Source: a virus. From it: a DNA stretch of 48,086 bases. This document shows positions 16,459-25,666 of this stretch, one piece after another. The stretch is taken from IMG/VR virus record IMGVR_UViG_3300019135_000007, one strand, 5' to 3'. Every line of letters starts with the position of its first letter. Within the stretch, counting starts at the first letter, position 1. Made by a program: the position numbers and the translations under genes. Below the pieces are notes generated by a model. The model ran no database searches, was not told the DNA's origin, and saw only the letters and a program-made list of their open reading frames with translations.

Positions 16459-16707
16459 CATAGTTTTCTTTACTCTGTGAACATCAACTTCCATTCTCCA
16501 CTGCTTCATAGCTAGAAGTTCTACATTGTCATTTACTTTGTCTACTTTATCATCAAATCTTGCCATTTCTACTCTTAAGTCTGCTATTTCCCTTCTAGTT
16601 TCTGTTATCTCTCTATTCATTTCTTCCATCTGTTCTTTGATTTCTCTCATTTCTTTTTTAAATTCATCCTGTAATTCCTTAATTGCCTGTAGGATTTCAT
16701 TTACCAT
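16447..16707 (-). CDS. Moron-encoded coiled-coil protein (86 aa)
   Basis: ORF track. It has its own promoter and terminator and is flanked by AT-rich spacers, between the Dit-like and Tal genes. Confidence 0.6.
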   Translation of the reverse strand: MVNEILQAIKELQDEFKKEMREIKEQMEEMNREITETRREIADLRVEMARFDDKVDKVNDNVELLAMKQWRMEVDVHRVKKTMGLE

Positions 16708-16764
16708 ATTCCTATTTCTCCCTTCAATTTTATTATAATAAGTTTTTAAAAACCTTACAATAAT

Positions 16765-16793
16765 ATAATAATATTTATGTATTGTAATGTCAA
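16765..16793 (-). promoter_or_regulatory. Sigma-A type promoter of the moron
   Basis: -35 TTGACA (16788-16793), 17 nt, -10 TATTAT (16765-16770). Confidence 0.7.
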
Positions 16794-16821
16794 CATAAAA
16801 TTATAAAAAATAAGGTGTTCA

Positions 16822-18216
16822 TTAGAACACCCTAGACCTATGGACAACCTGTGAGCCTGCTTCAATAATATATCCTGCTTGTGACCTTTTGGAAGTAGGG
16901 GATGTTGTGCCCTGAAAGTACATTATAGGTTCACTCCAAATTTTTGGAGATGAATTATAGCTATGTCTTGTGGCTATTTCTACCCATCCATTAACCACAT
17001 TGGTTCTAACTATTCCACTTACATTTATATCAGGATTTACATACCCAACATACCCTCCACCTGCAGATGGTGTGAAATGTAAATAAATCAATGGACTTGC
17101 AGTTAATGTTGCTTCCACATTTGTTGAATCAGTAATAGCAGAAGTACTGTTATTGATGGTGTAGTTATCCACTAAAGTTTTATCTACATAGTGATAGGTA
17201 TAGAACCAGTCCATATAGTCATTAATTACCCTAGTCTTTAACTGGATACTATTTTTACCCCTATTCATATGAATCATCAAGGCAGTAATAGTACCATCAG
17301 AAAACTGATATTCCATTTCAATTTCAACAAATTCAGTAGTGAACCTTTTGAGTTGTATTTTCCTTCTAATGGCATTTTCACTGTAGAGGGTTCTTGGGTT
17401 CTCCACATTTCCATTTATATAGGAATATGCTCTCCAAGCTACTCTTATTGGGGCTTTATGGAAGTTCTGATACTGTGTTCCATTCCATCTGTAGTACCAA
17501 ATCTCCCCATTACTATCAATCTCCATCTTGAAGTAACCATTGGTCACACTAAACCCTGCCCCAATCTGTGCATGTGGACTAAAAAGTTGAATATTTCCTT
17601 GTTTAGCCACTATCCCTACTCTTTCAGTCCCTAAACATTCCTGATAAGAAATAGTGTTTTGAGAAGGATTTACTCTATAGTCCATTCCACCCCATTCCCC
17701 ATATAAAGTACCTGTAGGGGAATCAGAATGGAACATAGCACCAACTGGGTAGGAAACATCAACATGTCTCCAAGTATTCCAAGAAGCCCAACCTGATTGA
17801 ACATTTTTAGCCCTATATTGAGTAAAACCATAAAACTCTGATTTATGACCTAAATCAACAAAGTTAATGTAATAAACTACCCACCCCACCTTTCCACCTT
17901 CTCTGTCTATGCCAAAACTCTCCATCAGGACTAAATGATTGTGCAACTCATTGGTATGGGCATTGGTTTCTAAAAGGTAGGGCATAAACCCTATTCCTAA
18001 CTGTAATTGCTCTAACTGTTGTCTAAATTGATAGGCTTCAGTCTCATTATTAAATGACTTATATAGTTCTACTTTGAATCTAATGGGTTCTGTATGATTA
18101 AGGATTGCTTGTGCCTTTGTTCCTGTAACTTTAGAGGAAGAAATATCACCACTTCCACCCCAGTTAATATTAAGGGGTAGACCAATATCAATCCCATGCA
18201 ATCTCCATGTACTCAT
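16822..18216 (-). CDS. Putative distal tail protein (extended Dit-like, 464 aa)
   Basis: Position immediately after the tape measure gene; beta-rich sequence; the call rests on synteny only. Confidence 0.5.
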   Translation of the reverse strand: MSTWRLHGIDIGLPLNINWGGSGDISSSKVTGTKAQAILNHTEPIRFKVELYKSFNNETEAYQFRQQLEQLQLGIGFMPYLLETNAHTNELHNHLVLMESFGIDREGGKVGWVVYYINFVDLGHKSEFYGFTQYRAKNVQSGWASWNTWRHVDVSYPVGAMFHSDSPTGTLYGEWGGMDYRVNPSQNTISYQECLGTERVGIVAKQGNIQLFSPHAQIGAGFSVTNGYFKMEIDSNGEIWYYRWNGTQYQNFHKAPIRVAWRAYSYINGNVENPRTLYSENAIRRKIQLKRFTTEFVEIEMEYQFSDGTITALMIHMNRGKNSIQLKTRVINDYMDWFYTYHYVDKTLVDNYTINNSTSAITDSTNVEATLTASPLIYLHFTPSAGGGYVGYVNPDINVSGIVRTNVVNGWVEIATRHSYNSSPKIWSEPIMYFQGTTSPTSKRSQAGYIIEAGSQVVHRSRVF

Positions 18217-18252
18217 AAAAATCCCCCTTTATATAAAGAGAAGTGGGGCAGA

Positions 18253-21093
18253 TTAGCCCCTCATTCTCCTTTCAATTTCTCTAATAATCCTGTCCACTAA
18301 TACTTCAGGGTTTTTCAAATCATCAGAAGAAGCATTAATAGTGATATTAAACTCATTTTTGGAGGTGTCACTTGTCTCAAATCTTCTAGGATTTAGAGAA
18401 CCTGCAAGCCCCCTACTATTCATGCCATTGATGGCATAGTTCCCTGCTAATCCACCACTCATGGCACTACTCAATGTTCCACCAATGCTTCTAGCTAGAA
18501 GGCTTTTTGCCTTTGTAGCACCTTCTGCAAATGCACTCATGGTTGCATAACCTGAATAAGTGATATTAGAGAAAGCACCTTCTTTTGCATCAGAGAAACC
18601 AAAGAATCTCCTTGCTTTTGTTACAACTGAAGAAACTGCAGAAGTCACTTTTCCTACTGCATCCCTGATACCTCTTGCAAAGGCATCCATTAATGACTTG
18701 CCACTCTTATAAACAGTGGAGCCAAAAGATTTAATAGCAGATGAAATAGCACTTAAAATCCCCCTTACAGTGCTAGGAAGGATACTTCTGTAGGAGTTTA
18801 GGATATTCTTCAGGTTGTTCCATGCTTGTCTCCAATTCCCTGCAATCAGGTTAATCCAAAAGGCTATGGTATTCTTAATGGCAGTCATGAAAATAGCTAC
18901 TATTTGCTTCAGGGTATTTCCTATCCCCCTAAAGAAAGCAACAATACCATTCCATACTCCCTTCCAAAAGGAAGCAACCAAGCCAAAGTAGGTTTTAATA
19001 GTAGTCCACACCATCATGACAAATGAAGTTGCTACTGCATGAATAATAGTCCATACTGACCTGAAAAATGTAACAATACCATTCCAAACAGACCTAAAGA
19101 AGTTACCAATGGCAACTAGATATGGTCTGATGGCTTCATAAAATGACCTGAAGGCATTGACAATAACAGTCCACATATCCCTGCCCCATGCAGAAATATC
19201 AGCCACTAGGTCATTGAAACCAATAATGGTGGTTTCAACAATATAATTGACTTGAGATAACATTTCACTACCAATCTGTACCCATCTGTCCCAAAAGATG
19301 AATCTAATAAACTCCCATAATCCACTAAAGAAGGAAGTAATATTAGACCAAGCATTTTGTAGTGTTTGGACTGCTTCAGATTGAGTTTGCCCAGTATCCA
19401 TCAGGATGTTTATTAGCCCTTGGTATATAGCATTTCTGATGTTTTGGATGGTAGTGGATACCCATTCTACTGCACTTTCCCAAGCACCAATAAAAAATGC
19501 CCTAATGACACTAGGGAGTTCACTAAACCACCTAGTTATGCCTGTAATCAGGTTTTCTGCCCCTGAAACTATGTTGTTCCATGTTTGTTTCATCCAAGAC
19601 CATACTGCCTGTGTCTTTTCCTGTATGCCACCCCAGTTCTTTGTCCAAGCAAAATATAGGAGTGTTACAAGGGCAACAATAGCAGTGATAGCCAATCCAA
19701 TAGGGTTCATTAACATAATTCTTCCTAGCCAAAGGACTGCAGTTCCAAGCCCCCTAAAAGCCTTTGCAATCAGACCTATTACTTTACCTACCCCAGTGGA
19801 GTTCTTCATATACTTGAAGGTAGTGCCTATCAGCATCCCAAACTCCCTTACAGTTCTAATGGCTAGTACCCATGTTCCTACAGTTAGCAGGATTACACCT
19901 GAAAGTAGTGAGAAAGCACCTACACCAAGGATAATGTAGCCAATAGTCTTTTTGGTTTCAGTGGAAAGACCATTAAACCAGTCTACTGCCACCTTTAGCA
20001 TTTTGACAAAGTCAGTTAAGGCAGGGAGCATCATCATACCAAATCCAATAGCCACATCCTCCACTGCAGATTTTAATAATTTCATCTGTCCATTAAATGT
20101 AGCTAACTGGGTTTCTTTCATCTGCTCTAAAACTCCACCACTTTCCTTTAACTGCTTCTGATATTCCCTTAACTTCCCTGACCCCTTATCAATCAAGGCA
20201 GACATAGCAGAAGTAGCTTCATCACCAAAAACAGTAAAGAGTTCTGCAGTATCTAAATTAGCCTTCCCAAGCCTATCTAGGATAGTTGCAAAGTCATTAT
20301 ACATAGGGTTAATTTCCTTAAGTGTAAGTCCATTTGCCTGTAGAACTTTTGATGCTTCCTTTGTTGGGTCTACAAGCCTTGATAGTGCTTGTCTTAAGGA
20401 AGTACCTGCAGTTTCTGCAGGAATACCTGCATCATAAAGCATAGAAAGGATACCTACAGTGTCCTCCAAGCTATAATTTAGCTGGTTAGCAATAGGGGCA
20501 ACATATTTTAATGTGTACCTAAACTTCTCCATAGAAGCAGAGGAAATATTAGTGGCTTTAGCAAAGATTTCTGCTACCCTTGAAGATGAATAACCTTGCT
20601 TCTCAAAGTTTTTCATTGTAGATACCACAATTTCAGTAGCCATTTCTAGGTCATAGTTAAGGGCAGTGGATAAGTTAATAGTTGACTTAAGCATATCCTC
20701 CATTTGGTCTACCCCATAACCAAACTGTGCCAACAACTTCATAGCATTAGCACTTTCTGTAGCAGTAAAGGAAGTAGTTCTTCCAAATTCCCTTGCAATA
20801 GCCTCAAGGTCTTTCCAATCCCCTGCAGTTCTCCCCATTACTGATGCAGTATCAGCTAATGCCTGTTCAAAGTCTGCAGTAGTTTTCACTGCATAGCCTA
20901 AACCTGCAGTAACTGCCCCACCCAATGCCAAGAAGCCATATGACATGTCTTGAAGTGTCCCTGCATTTTGTTGAAGGGTTTCCATGTCACTCCTAAATCT
21001 TTTTAGTTCCCTACTGGCATTGTTTTGGGCTTCAATGATTATATCAATAACACTTTTAGCCAATGTCACCCACCCTTGAAGGATTACCCCCAT
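18253..21093 (-). CDS. Tail tape measure protein
   Basis: 946 aa; TP901-like core (REFGRTTSFTATESANAMKLLAQFGY), a central TM-rich block and W/F-rich repeats; follows the G/GT chaperone. Confidence 0.9.
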   Translation of the reverse strand: MGVILQGWVTLAKSVIDIIIEAQNNASRELKRFRSDMETLQQNAGTLQDMSYGFLALGGAVTAGLGYAVKTTADFEQALADTASVMGRTAGDWKDLEAIAREFGRTTSFTATESANAMKLLAQFGYGVDQMEDMLKSTINLSTALNYDLEMATEIVVSTMKNFEKQGYSSSRVAEIFAKATNISSASMEKFRYTLKYVAPIANQLNYSLEDTVGILSMLYDAGIPAETAGTSLRQALSRLVDPTKEASKVLQANGLTLKEINPMYNDFATILDRLGKANLDTAELFTVFGDEATSAMSALIDKGSGKLREYQKQLKESGGVLEQMKETQLATFNGQMKLLKSAVEDVAIGFGMMMLPALTDFVKMLKVAVDWFNGLSTETKKTIGYIILGVGAFSLLSGVILLTVGTWVLAIRTVREFGMLIGTTFKYMKNSTGVGKVIGLIAKAFRGLGTAVLWLGRIMLMNPIGLAITAIVALVTLLYFAWTKNWGGIQEKTQAVWSWMKQTWNNIVSGAENLITGITRWFSELPSVIRAFFIGAWESAVEWVSTTIQNIRNAIYQGLINILMDTGQTQSEAVQTLQNAWSNITSFFSGLWEFIRFIFWDRWVQIGSEMLSQVNYIVETTIIGFNDLVADISAWGRDMWTVIVNAFRSFYEAIRPYLVAIGNFFRSVWNGIVTFFRSVWTIIHAVATSFVMMVWTTIKTYFGLVASFWKGVWNGIVAFFRGIGNTLKQIVAIFMTAIKNTIAFWINLIAGNWRQAWNNLKNILNSYRSILPSTVRGILSAISSAIKSFGSTVYKSGKSLMDAFARGIRDAVGKVTSAVSSVVTKARRFFGFSDAKEGAFSNITYSGYATMSAFAEGATKAKSLLARSIGGTLSSAMSGGLAGNYAINGMNSRGLAGSLNPRRFETSDTSKNEFNITINASSDDLKNPEVLVDRIIREIERRMRG

Positions 21094-21155
21094 TAAGAAT
21101 ATTGTTGTGTTACTGTGTCAAATTATAATTAAAAAAGGAAGGCAACTTGGATAAG

Positions 21156-21712
21156 CTACCTTCCCTTGCCCTTTTTGTTCTGCTTTTTATATTCCTTTTC
21201 TTCTAGTTCTCCTATAGTATTCTCAATAATCATAAATTGTGTAACTATCTTGTATTTCTCCTGATACAAGGTAGGGGCAGTGGGAAGAACTTTAAACTTC
21301 TTGCATAGCATGTACTCCTGAACAATTGGAGGAACATCATGCACCTTTTGCCCCTTGTATAGCTTTTTAACAACATGCTCTATTCTTTTTTTTCTTCTGC
21401 TGGTGTTTCATTGTAGGCATCAATTTCTTGGAGAATCTTTTGGGCAACATCCTCTTTAAGCCTTCTGATATTCTCTATTGTGATAGGAACTAGATTGCCC
21501 TGTTTATCCTTTAAAGTCCAAGAAACAAGTGAAGCCTTCATTTTTTCCTCTTGGAGAACAGCTAAATCCATTTCAGGCTGTTTGGTAACAAAGTTGATTT
21601 TTAAAGCCTTTTTGTTAATTTGGTTAACCTCACCATAACCCAATTCTTTAATTTCAAATTCTTCTCCCTTGTAAAAGAATTTTTTAGTGCTATCATCAAC
21701 AAAGAAACTCAT
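21156..21712 (-). CDS. Tail assembly chaperone -1 frameshift product (GT-like fusion)
   Basis: The -1 frame is open from the A8 run (21386-21393) through ORF 21156..21344: ...AGA ATA GAG CAT GTT GTT AAA AAG ... with no stop. Confidence 0.65.
21380..21712 (-). CDS. Tail assembly chaperone (G-like, 110 aa)
   Basis: Position between the tube and tape measure genes. It ends ...GAA GAA AAA AAA GAA TAG, which includes a slippery run. Confidence 0.7.
   Translation of the reverse strand: MSFFVDDSTKKFFYKGEEFEIKELGYGEVNQINKKALKINFVTKQPEMDLAVLQEEKMKASLVSWTLKDKQGNLVPITIENIRRLKEDVAQKILQEIDAYNETPAEEKKE
21386..21393 (-). promoter_or_regulatory. Slippery A AAA AAA heptamer for the programmed -1 frameshift
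   Basis: An 8-nt T run on the plus strand (A8 in the mRNA sense), 2 codons before the G stop. Confidence 0.65.
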
Positions 21713-21746
21713 GCTTATCTATCTCCTTTACTGTTATTTTTTTATT

Positions 21747-21820
21747 TGGCATGGACTAGAGGAATTGAACCCCTACCTGTGGAGTTGGAAACCACAATGC
21801 TACCCTTACACCAAGTCCAC
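21747..21820 (-). tRNA. tRNA-Trp (anticodon CCA), CCA end encoded
   Basis: Hand-folded 74-nt cloverleaf: acceptor GTGGACT/AGTCCAT, T-arm AGGGG-TTCAATT-CCTCT, anticodon loop TTCCAAC, discriminator G. Confidence 0.7.
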
Positions 21821-21857
21821 ACAAAATTAGGTGAAAGGGTTGTTAGCCCTTCCACCT

Positions 21858-21868
21858 TTAATAGTTCA
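21858..21868 (-). promoter_or_regulatory. Late-type motif variant (TGAACTATTAA) just upstream of tRNA-Trp
   Basis: Minus sense CATGAACTATTAAAGGTGGAAGGG. Confidence 0.3.
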
Positions 21869-21912
21869 TGCTTGTAGGATTGTGAAAGACAAAACTGAAA
21901 GGTTACAGAAAA

Positions 21913-22821
21913 TTAAAGAGTAGCTTCTGTAGTCTTGTAAGTGGCAGTTACAGATTGCACAACTGCTTCCAACTCTTGAACTAGGTAATCATCAGAACCT
22001 AACTCAAGTTCATTGGAATCATATTTGCAGTTATTGCAGGTAATTACTAACTCCCTACCATTCTGCCCCACAAACTTCAATTCAACATCAAACTCTGTTC
22101 CATTCTTCCAAAGGTCATATTGTGCAGAATTTGCAAACATAAAACTCATAGAAAGAGCATATTCCCTGTTGCCTTCTTGAATAACTGCAGGTCTGTTTTC
22201 TCCATTCACTGCAAATAATGCAGTAAGACCATTAGTGATTTCCAACTCAAATTCTTCTACATGTGCTTGTTGGACACCATTCACTGTAACAGTACCCTCA
22301 TAGAACATAAAGTAGCTTGATGTGTCTGCTACAGGGGCAGTACCTGTAGTACCATCCTCAACAAATTTAGCTAGGTAGTCAACTTCAGCCACCAATGCTT
22401 CTTCCTTTTCAGCAGTGATAGCTAATTTATCAACTTTACAACCTACATAGTCCCTTACAAAGTTAGGGCTACCTAAAACCCCTGCTTGCAAAGTCATAGA
22501 AGGCAGGTCATTAGCTTCAGTGAATGTGTGAGTATATGTTCCATCACCATTGTCAGTAGTGGAAACACTACCTAAAGCAAATTCAAGCATTTTTAGGTCT
22601 TGCACTAGGTATTCAAAGGAGCCTGATACTGTTCTAGCCCCTACTCTAGCTTGTTGGAAGTTCCTAGAACCCAGTCCATACTGCTTCTGAATGTTGTTTG
22701 TTTCTTCAGGAGAAAAAGATTGCACAATACCAATCCATTTAGTAGGAGAACTTGCCTTTACACCAAAAGAACTTTCTTTTCCATAAGTCAAATAACTGTC
22801 ATGACCATGATAAACACCCAT
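21913..22821 (-). CDS. Major tail (tube) protein
   Basis: 302 aa; upstream of the chaperone and TMP; beta-rich; call rests on synteny. Confidence 0.7.
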   Translation of the reverse strand: MGVYHGHDSYLTYGKESSFGVKASSPTKWIGIVQSFSPEETNNIQKQYGLGSRNFQQARVGARTVSGSFEYLVQDLKMLEFALGSVSTTDNGDGTYTHTFTEANDLPSMTLQAGVLGSPNFVRDYVGCKVDKLAITAEKEEALVAEVDYLAKFVEDGTTGTAPVADTSSYFMFYEGTVTVNGVQQAHVEEFELEITNGLTALFAVNGENRPAVIQEGNREYALSMSFMFANSAQYDLWKNGTEFDVELKFVGQNGRELVITCNNCKYDSNELELGSDDYLVQELEAVVQSVTATYKTTEATL

Positions 22822-22875
22822 TATTAAGCACCTTCCTTGTAGGTTTTATATTTTCTGTTTAAGAATAAAAAGGAA

Positions 22876-23061
22876 CTAATTTTTTAAAGTCTTTTCCCCT
22901 TGTTTTTGAGTTTCTTTAACTCTTTCAAAATCAGGATGCTTTTTTAAAGCCTGATATTCCTGTTCAGTCACCATAGTAGGCTCACCTTTCCTAAAGATTT
23001 TACCTGTCTGAAGGAATACCACTTCTAATAGTTCACCTTTGTAGACCATCTTTCTAACCAT
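22876..23061 (-). CDS. Hypothetical protein (61 aa)
   Basis: ORF track; lies in the head-tail joining block. Confidence 0.45.
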   Translation of the reverse strand: MVRKMVYKGELLEVVFLQTGKIFRKGEPTMVTEQEYQALKKHPDFERVKETQKQGEKTLKN

Positions 23062-23064
23062 CTA

Positions 23065-23481
23065 TCACACCCCCAACTTTCTAGTAGTAAGGGTTAATCT
23101 AGCAGTTTGGAGAAAGACACCATCCCTATTAGCCACACCAAATTCAGCTTCCTCACCTACACTGGAATGATTAACCTCTCCCCCCAGTTTTTTATCATTA
23201 ACAAACACCATTTCCACCCTGTTAGTTAAATCTTCAAGGTCTTTCAGGGCTTGTTGGTAGTTTGGTTTATTCACATATACCCAAATACTGAAGGTACATT
23301 CAGTGTCAAAGATGCCACCCATACCCCTAATAACCCTTCTTCTATTGGTTAGTTCCACTGATATTGCAGGGAAAACAGGAATTGGTTCAAAATCCCCTTC
23401 ATATACCCTTTTTACATCAGATAATGATGGGGCAGTCTGCAGTATCTCAACTATTTTAGATACCTGTTGTGAGTACATCAT
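23065..23481 (-). CDS. Putative tail completion / neck protein (138 aa)
   Basis: Synteny between the morphogenesis protein and the tube gene. Confidence 0.45.
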   Translation of the reverse strand: MMYSQQVSKIVEILQTAPSLSDVKRVYEGDFEPIPVFPAISVELTNRRRVIRGMGGIFDTECTFSIWVYVNKPNYQQALKDLEDLTNRVEMVFVNDKKLGGEVNHSSVGEEAEFGVANRDGVFLQTARLTLTTRKLGV

Positions 23482-23491
23482 CTAGCCCCCT

Positions 23492-23995
23492 TTATCTTGT
23501 CAGTTTGTTTACATAGTCCTCAAAAATCTTTTGGATTATCCTTTCATCTTCATTTTGGAACATTAGGAAAGGTCTTGGTGGGATACCTTTGCCTATTGGT
23601 TTACCAAAGATGAAATGCTTACTAGCAGGTAGTCCTAACTGCTGAATTTCCCCTAGGAGTTTATTGGACCCCCTAGCCTTTACATTGGAGCCAATCACTA
23701 GCTTTGTTTTGGACAGTTCATATTTGGAACCTGAACCCTTGGAAGTCACACTGTTCCTTAACTGTCCACTATCCTGTAATATCCTTGCATCTGAACCCCT
23801 TAACTTTTGGGTCAAAGCAGAGTGTTTTACCCATTTGGTGGGTCTACCTTCATTCTCAAAGTTCCTTCCAATAGACTTGTGCATATAGATACCTGCATCA
23901 TCTAATGGCTCTCTAAAATCCTCAAGCCCTCTTTCAATGTTGAGAATTAATTTTTGGGCTTTATCTACCCCTTTGACAGTGACTTTCCATTTCAT
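23492..23995 (-). CDS. Virion morphogenesis protein (Mu gpG-like)
   Basis: RNFENEGRPTKWVKHSALT... resembles the Mu G/Phage_tail_S family pattern (F..EG.P..W..L...T). Confidence 0.55.
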   Translation of the reverse strand: MKWKVTVKGVDKAQKLILNIERGLEDFREPLDDAGIYMHKSIGRNFENEGRPTKWVKHSALTQKLRGSDARILQDSGQLRNSVTSKGSGSKYELSKTKLVIGSNVKARGSNKLLGEIQQLGLPASKHFIFGKPIGKGIPPRPFLMFQNEDERIIQKIFEDYVNKLTR

Positions 23996-24000
23996 TTCAA

Positions 24001-24405
24001 TCAGTCCTTGTAAGGTGTTATATCATCAAGGGTAAATATCTTTACTGCATCCTCTGTAGTGGATGCTATGCCTGAAACCTTCTCTGCATCTAAAACCATC
24101 TTCCCTAGAGCAATTTGCTCCAAAGCCTTTTCTGCATTTTCCTTTAACTCCTGCCCCAAGTTAGAGTTATTAGGACTGTTAGCATTAAAGATTGTCCTGA
24201 ACACCAAGTAGGCAGTGTACTCTGCAGAAATATCAGTAATTAATGTTGGTACTGGGGAAAATGGAGTAACATAAATATCACCCAGTTTGGCATCAATGTA
24301 GGCATCTGCCTTGCTGATGAACCTTTCCATATCTTCATCAGACATAGTGGAAGCATCAATTAAAGGAATGATTAATCTAACATCTGCAGGTGTGCAATAA
24401 GCCAT
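24001..24405 (-). CDS. Head-tail adaptor (DUF1320 / Mu gp36-like)
   Basis: The N-terminus MAYCTPADVRLII matches the family's characteristic M.YCT..D start; size and position also fit. Confidence 0.55.
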   Translation of the reverse strand: MAYCTPADVRLIIPLIDASTMSDEDMERFISKADAYIDAKLGDIYVTPFSPVPTLITDISAEYTAYLVFRTIFNANSPNNSNLGQELKENAEKALEQIALGKMVLDAEKVSGIASTTEDAVKIFTLDDITPYKD

Positions 24406-24430
24406 CCATCACACCCCCCTACTTGAAATT

Positions 24431-24652
24431 TCAATCATCTTTCTTTGCTTTACCTTTAGTTGAAGCCCTCTTTGGCTTAACTTCTTCCTTTTCTTTTTCT
24501 TCTGTATTCTCTTTTACTTTTTCAACATCCTTAATATAAGTTTGTAATCTGTTTACTTCATCCTCTGTAAGTAAAACTTGTGTGTTTGTGTGATAAGTTT
24601 TACCATTAAGGATTAACCTTACTTTTGTAGTAGCCTTAAACAAGTTCAACAA
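24431..24652 (-). CDS. Hypothetical lysine/glutamate-rich protein (73 aa, TTG start)
   Basis: ORF track; TAAAGGGG SD. Confidence 0.45.
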   Translation of the reverse strand: MLNLFKATTKVRLILNGKTYHTNTQVLLTEDEVNRLQTYIKDVEKVKENTEEKEKEEVKPKRASTKGKAKKDD

Positions 24653-24713
24653 CCCCTTTACATAAATTTATTACATAACATGTAATAGTAATATGTTTAC
24701 ATAATAAGTAATA

Positions 24714-24740
24714 GGGTAGGGGCAAAGTACACCCCTACCC
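24714..24740 (-). terminator. 9-bp GC hairpin after the capsid gene (attenuator or terminator)
   Basis: GGGTAGGGG-N9-CCCCTACCC; only a weak U-tract follows. Confidence 0.45.
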
Positions 24741-24749
24741 CTTTAGGCT

Positions 24750-25616
24750 TTAAGCATGATTGATGATAGCAATATTTTGTGGTCTTTGGATTACAGGGAA
24801 CAATGTTTTGAATACCTGTAACCTAATAGCCCTCTTACCATTGTCAGCAAACCTTCTTACTGTTAAGTCCTCTCTGACTGCAGTAAATCCAGTTTGGGAA
24901 CCTGCTTTCATTAAAATTGTTTTACCTGAAAGAATTTGGTTAGTTCCAGTGTCAGCATCATAAACTGCATTGGCAACATAAACATTCATGCCCCTGATAG
25001 AGCCAATACCCTTAATGTTAGCACCTGAAATTAGCTGTTTAGGGTCAGCTTGCAACAAGATTTCCTTGAAGTCAGGATGTTTTAGCAACTCTAATTCCCT
25101 TGTAGGGTCAATAATCATAGTATCAGGTTGCACAAAGTCATTGTTTTTCATTGTTGCCACTGCATCAAGAATATCTTCTAATGGCTTTGAAGTGCCTTGT
25201 GACCAGTCCACTGTAGAACCAAACACTGTACCTGCATTAGCAATAATTTGGCTAATAATCATATATTCTTGCTTCAATACATTCCTTTCTACAAGATGCT
25301 CAAGATTGTCAGCCACTAAATCTCTTAAGTGTGCTTCTTGGATTGCTTGTTCAGTAAGCATAGCACCTTCCCTGATTTCTTTCACTAATGCAGTCTTTTC
25401 TTCATAACCAATGTTAGTTAAGAGTTCTTCAGCACCCTCTCTGATTTCTTCAGCTAATCCTCTAGTGTTCTTGATAATTTTATAATCAATAGCCCTAGAG
25501 TTTACTTTTCTTTCAGGAAGTAAGTTAGTAGCAAATAACATTCCTTGTTCCTTCTCTTTAGCAAAACCTAACATTACTTTTTCTTGAAGTAATGGGTTGT
25601 TTAGATAGTTAATCAT
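24750..25616 (-). CDS. Major capsid protein
   Basis: 288 aa. Sits downstream of the scaffold and decoration genes and is followed by a strong hairpin. The call rests on synteny. Confidence 0.75.
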   Translation of the reverse strand: MINYLNNPLLQEKVMLGFAKEKEQGMLFATNLLPERKVNSRAIDYKIIKNTRGLAEEIREGAEELLTNIGYEEKTALVKEIREGAMLTEQAIQEAHLRDLVADNLEHLVERNVLKQEYMIISQIIANAGTVFGSTVDWSQGTSKPLEDILDAVATMKNNDFVQPDTMIIDPTRELELLKHPDFKEILLQADPKQLISGANIKGIGSIRGMNVYVANAVYDADTGTNQILSGKTILMKAGSQTGFTAVREDLTVRRFADNGKRAIRLQVFKTLFPVIQRPQNIAIINHA

Positions 25617-25648
25617 CTATGTTTCCCCCTTATCCCTCTGTAATTACA

Positions 25649-25664
25649 TCAACTGAAAGTTGAC
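25649..25664. promoter_or_regulatory. TCAAC-N5-GTTGAC palindrome overlapping an extended -10 (TGATGTAAT) upstream of the capsid gene
   Basis: Minus sense ATTGTCAACTTTCAGTTGATGTAATTACAGAG, about 90% identical to the element at 41690. Confidence 0.5.
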
Positions 25665-25666
25665 AA

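Noticed and set aside
18244-18262. GGGGC-AGATTA-GCCCC hairpin at the TMP stop as a terminator
   Set aside because: The stem is short, no U-tract follows, and the Dit-like gene starts 37 nt downstream in what should be one late operon. It more likely just reflects a copy of the TGGGGCAG word.
21620-21877. 85-aa plus-strand ORF (and similarly 45401..45640)
   Set aside because: The ORF translates the antisense strand of tRNA genes; AWTRGIEPLP... and GLEPATFPLGVGCSIQLNYRQ are the typical signature of tRNA antisense. tRNA cloverleaves fold on the minus strand.
607-25407. Numerous plus-strand ORFs nested inside long minus-strand genes, e.g. 607..819, 905..1099, 1653..1877, 1926..2234, 11083..11379, 14776..15177, 17269..17634, 19406..19939, 24988..25407, 27909..28265
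   Set aside because: They are antisense shadows of well-supported genes. They have low-complexity S/L/F/C-rich translations, no SD sequences and no promoters, while the minus-strand genes carry recognisable motifs.
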